DNA from: Macrostomum hystrix | Lineage: Eukaryota > Animalia > Platyhelminthes | DNA length: 64,000 nucleotides | NCBI GenBank assembly: GCA_950097015.1 | Contig: CATNEN010000002.1 | Span: 8,246,001-8,310,000, forward strand | Direction: 5' to 3' | Part shown: positions 60,831-64,000 of the stretch, in pieces | How positions within the stretch are numbered: the first letter of the stretch is position 1 | Layout of the letters: each line of letters starts with the position of its first letter | Made by a program: the position numbers and the translations under genes | The notes under the pieces: model-generated | What the model was told of the DNA's origin: nothing | What the model saw: only the letters and a program-made list of their open reading frames with translations | The model's database searches: none

Positions 60831-63778
60831 TCAGTAGCACATGCCGGCGCAGGCGGGACAGTCGGAGGTCGGCACCGCGGAGGCCTCGCTGCCAAGCCGG
60901 CATTCAGCGTGGAAATAGTGGCCGCAGCCGAACAGCAGCAGGTGCGCCTCGGTGCCGTCCACCTGCGACTCGCCGCCCCGCCTGGCAACCAGCAAGGGCG
61001 CCCGGCAACGAACGCACAGGTCGGTAGACGGCGCCACGCAGAGGGCGCGGCGGGCGGATGCGATCTGGAGACAGGGGAGTCATGACGTGAGTCAGCCCAT
61101 CTCACTCCAGATGTCACTGAAGATTCCCACTTAGGATCTCACAGTCCATCTCATCCCAGATCTCACAGTCCATCTCATCCCAGATCTCACAGTCCATCTC
61201 ATCCCAGATCTCACAGCCCATCTCATCCCAGATCTCACAGTCCATCTCATCCCAGATCTCACAGTCCATCTCATCCCAGATCTCACAGTCCATCTCATCC
61301 CAGATCTCACAGTTCATCTCATCCCAGATCTCACAGCCCATCTCATCCCAGATCCCAGTCCACCCACCTGTTTGTGAATGAGGTTCTGGCAGTCCTGAGA
61401 CTGAATGGTTGCGCAGCCCTGGGTCAGGGCGGTGCCCACTCTGTAGTCGCTGAGCAGTTTGACAATGCTGTTGCGGAGTCCCGGCACCTGCATGCCGCGC
61501 TGAATCTTGTGAATGAGAATGGACGGGTCGACCTCGCTGCCAGAGTTCTGCAGCAGGACGGTGATGAGCTCCGGTCGGGTGCTGGCAGCATCGGCGGCGG
61601 CCATCCAGAGCTCCGGATCGGCCTCCTCGCGGCAGAACTGCACCACCCTGTCGAACTGGCGCTCGTCCAGCAGCAGTTGAAGTGCTTCCTTGCGTCGGCC
61701 CATCCTGGCCAGGATGTAGACAGACTCGGCGGTAAACTGCCGCTCTCCGCACAGCGCCAAAGCCAGCTCGTATTTGAAACCGGTGGAGGAGCGCAGAAAC
61801 GGCAGCAGCTTGTGCCTGGCGTTGTCGGCGTAAAGCTCCACCATCTTGTCTGCGTGCTTCTCCACTCGGCTTGGGTCTTTAGTGTGGACAGCGTCCAGAT
61901 AGTCGCAGAGCAGCGGTGACTGGTGGGATAGTTCCGCGATGATGGCGCTGATTGAAAAGCCGGACTGTTGGGATTGGTGAGAATGAGGGAACTATATAAC
62001 AAATAACAGGATACACTCGGTCAATTTTAGTACATTGGGTTCTAATTTTTAGTATATTCGACTAGCAAAACCCAGCCCCAAATCCAGGGGGTCAGTGGCA
62101 GAGCGGTTAACACGTTAGCCTCTCGCGCCAAGGTCCCTAAGCTCTATATTCTGCCGCGAGGCCACATTCATTTGGGGCGCAGCCGCGGAGAGAAGGCTTG
62201 GGGGCTTGACGTGCAATTCACGCCAACAACAAGGCCAACAAGTAGCTGCAATTCTTCAAACATCTCACTATCTGATTCAGCCGCCTACAAAATATATAAT
62301 AATAAGTTTATCGGATCAAGATCACACCTGCTCATCTAGCAGCATCTGCAGCGTGCGGTCCTTGTCAATGCTGAACAGCAGGGGCAGCTTGTCAACAACA
62401 TGGGCATGCAGCCGGTGCCGTTGGATCAATACAAAAGCGTCGCAGCTGCTCAATCTGAGCAGTATACTCAAAGTCTTCTCGTGCTCGCCAGCTAACTCGT
62501 AGAGTCTGGCCAGGCAGCGATTCAACGTGGGCTCGCTCGGCTGACGACTGAGGGCATCCACTACGACCTGGGCAGCAGGAGTGGAGCAATCTGTACATGC
62601 CGATCCTACTATTGATTTCTGCATTAGTTTAACGATCGACTTACCTGAGTTAAAGCTCGAACAGTAAATAGATCGCTGGGCCAACTATTGATGAGCTCAA
62701 GGAACTGATTCTGGTCAGAGTGAAACACTTCATTCAGCACCAAATCGTAGATGCACTTATCCAGTCGTGGCTTCTCCTTTGGCAAGTGTCTGCATTTCAT
62801 AGTTAATAGGAAGAGAAGTGAGATCCGGATATACAGTACAGAAATAGCGCAAACCAAATATGCATACCTGGACAGTGACCTGGCGCTGTTGGCTGAATGA
62901 AATCGATAGGCCATTGCCTCCCACTCCTCCTTGCCGGTCAGCACAGTGCAGCAGAGCTCGGCCGCCTCGCTGAACTGGCCAGCGTTGAGCAGGTGCTCAA
63001 TGTATTTGCGGCCAACGCTGGTCACAGTGAATTCGCCAGCTGGGCCGCCGCTTTTCACCTCGTCCAGGGCCTGGCTGAATTTTCTATACGACAGCAGCCA
63101 CTTCAAATGGTCAATGCGGTCCCGCTGCTGGGCGCAGATTATGTCCTTCGGGCAGACAATAAAGTACATACCCTCGGAGCGCAGGTGCTCGAATCGATAG
63201 TTCACAGGTGTGTAGCGCTCGAATCCACGCACCTTAGGAAAAGGAATAGGCCGATCTTTCAATGAAGAGATCGTTTCTAAAAAGACAGTTTTTGGCTTCT
63301 GATGATCAAATGAAAATGTAGTTCAAGGAGCGGATCAGCCTCATTCTAGGTAAAACATTCCGTGGTCTTGTGAGGCCGCCTCAACCACCCAAATTTCTAT
63401 CTGAACTGAATCATTGAGGACGTTGGTGAAGAGGGTGAACAGTCCGAATCCCTGATCACCGGGCAACATCCCTCAAGTTTCACGAGTGCACTCGAAAGTC
63501 AATCGTGGCCTCGCAGGCCTCACCTTCAGCTCCTCGATGGCCAGCTCAACGTAGGTGTCTATGCCAGGTTCTAGCAGGTGCAGCTGCGGCTTCTCCCGGT
63601 CTCGCTGACTGAGCAGCAGAAGCTCCCGACCGAAGCAGCAAATGCCGCACACGGTTAGGGGAAAGTTAAAGCTGGCCACAATCTGGCCAACCCGGCGGCC
63701 GCTGGCCCGATCAGGCACAATGCGACACACGTAGACATGGCGACGGAAAGCGGCGATAAAGTTTGCTTCGTCCGAGGC
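60831..63778 (-). CDS. VPS41: HOPS subunit VPS41 (3' part; 5' exons beyond window end)
   Basis: Exons 63778-63524, 63232-62868, 62789-62645, 62567-62328, 61964-61368 and 61064-60831 (1836 nt, in frame). YFIVCPKDII..RDRIDHLKWLL; clathrin-repeat VELYADNARHKLLPFLRSS..VYILARMG..DPELW; C-terminal RING-H2 CVRC..FGCGHYFHAEC..CPAC. Confidence 0.92.
61134..61355. repeat. Minisatellite, 24-bp unit (last VPS41 intron)
   Basis: Unit CATCTCATCCCAGATCTCACAGTC. Confidence 0.95.
62087..62224 (+). mobile_element. SINE family A 5' copy in VPS41 intron
   Basis: Matches about 40240-40375. Confidence 0.75.
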
Positions 63779-63879
63779 CTAGGAAACAGGTTGCAGGTGT
63801 TAATTATGGCTTATCTAGGATTATTTATAATAATGATTGCACGAGGGCTGCAGCTAACGGTACATTATTTGGTGAAGTC

Positions 63880-64000
63880 AATTCCTGCCAATTTCCCTGA
63901 CTCCTGAGCACACTCGCACACGGGTTCAGAACGCAGGCACACGCTCACAAAAGTGTGTACCTCTGCCCTAAATTTCTCATCGGCAGGCAGCATCTCACCC
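63880..64000 (-). mobile_element. SINE family A 3' copy in VPS41 intron
   Basis: Reverse complement matches about 40410-40520 (GATGAGAAA..GTACACAC..GTGTGCTCAGGAGTCAG). Confidence 0.7.

Noticed and set aside
63880-64000. Possible upstream VPS41 exon (GEMLPADEKFRAE)
   Set aside because: The sequence matches the SINE family A body at 40410-40520.

Overview
Eukaryotic (animal) genomic DNA with intron-containing genes. GC-rich exons with polyA/polyQ tracts and introns filled with private minisatellites suggest a Macrostomum-like free-living flatworm; this is inference, not proven. All exon coordinates were traced by eye from GT/AG boundaries, and each summed CDS is in frame. Genes: 3' part of a Tbx20/H15 T-box gene (+, 462-4081); Polycomb Scm (-, 9142-15321); GPATCH3 (+, 21591-24433); an orphan secreted PGGR-repeat protein (+, 27984-28747); an orphan single-exon ORF (-, 42276-43238); an intronless 1130-aa TRP channel joining ankyrin repeats to a TRPM-type core (+, 45809-49201); an RGS-less PXA-PX-PXC sorting nexin (SNX19-like; -, 51113-59986); and the 3' part of VPS41 (-, 60831-63778). 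Mobile DNA: an intact, apparently very recent BEL/Pao LTR retrotransposon (29151-36090) inserted in a decayed LINE RNase H, a hAT MITE, a Merlin transposase remnant, LTR fragments and two tRNA-derived SINE families. There are about 23 minisatellites, which explain most long low-complexity ORFs in the track. Top leads: the ankyrin-TRPM chimera; an intronic array of 15 perfect CLEAR/TFEB motifs (GTCACGTGAC) in the VPS41-SNX19-like endolysosomal gene pair; and the secreted PGGR protein. No CRISPR, rRNA or bona fide tRNA genes were seen.
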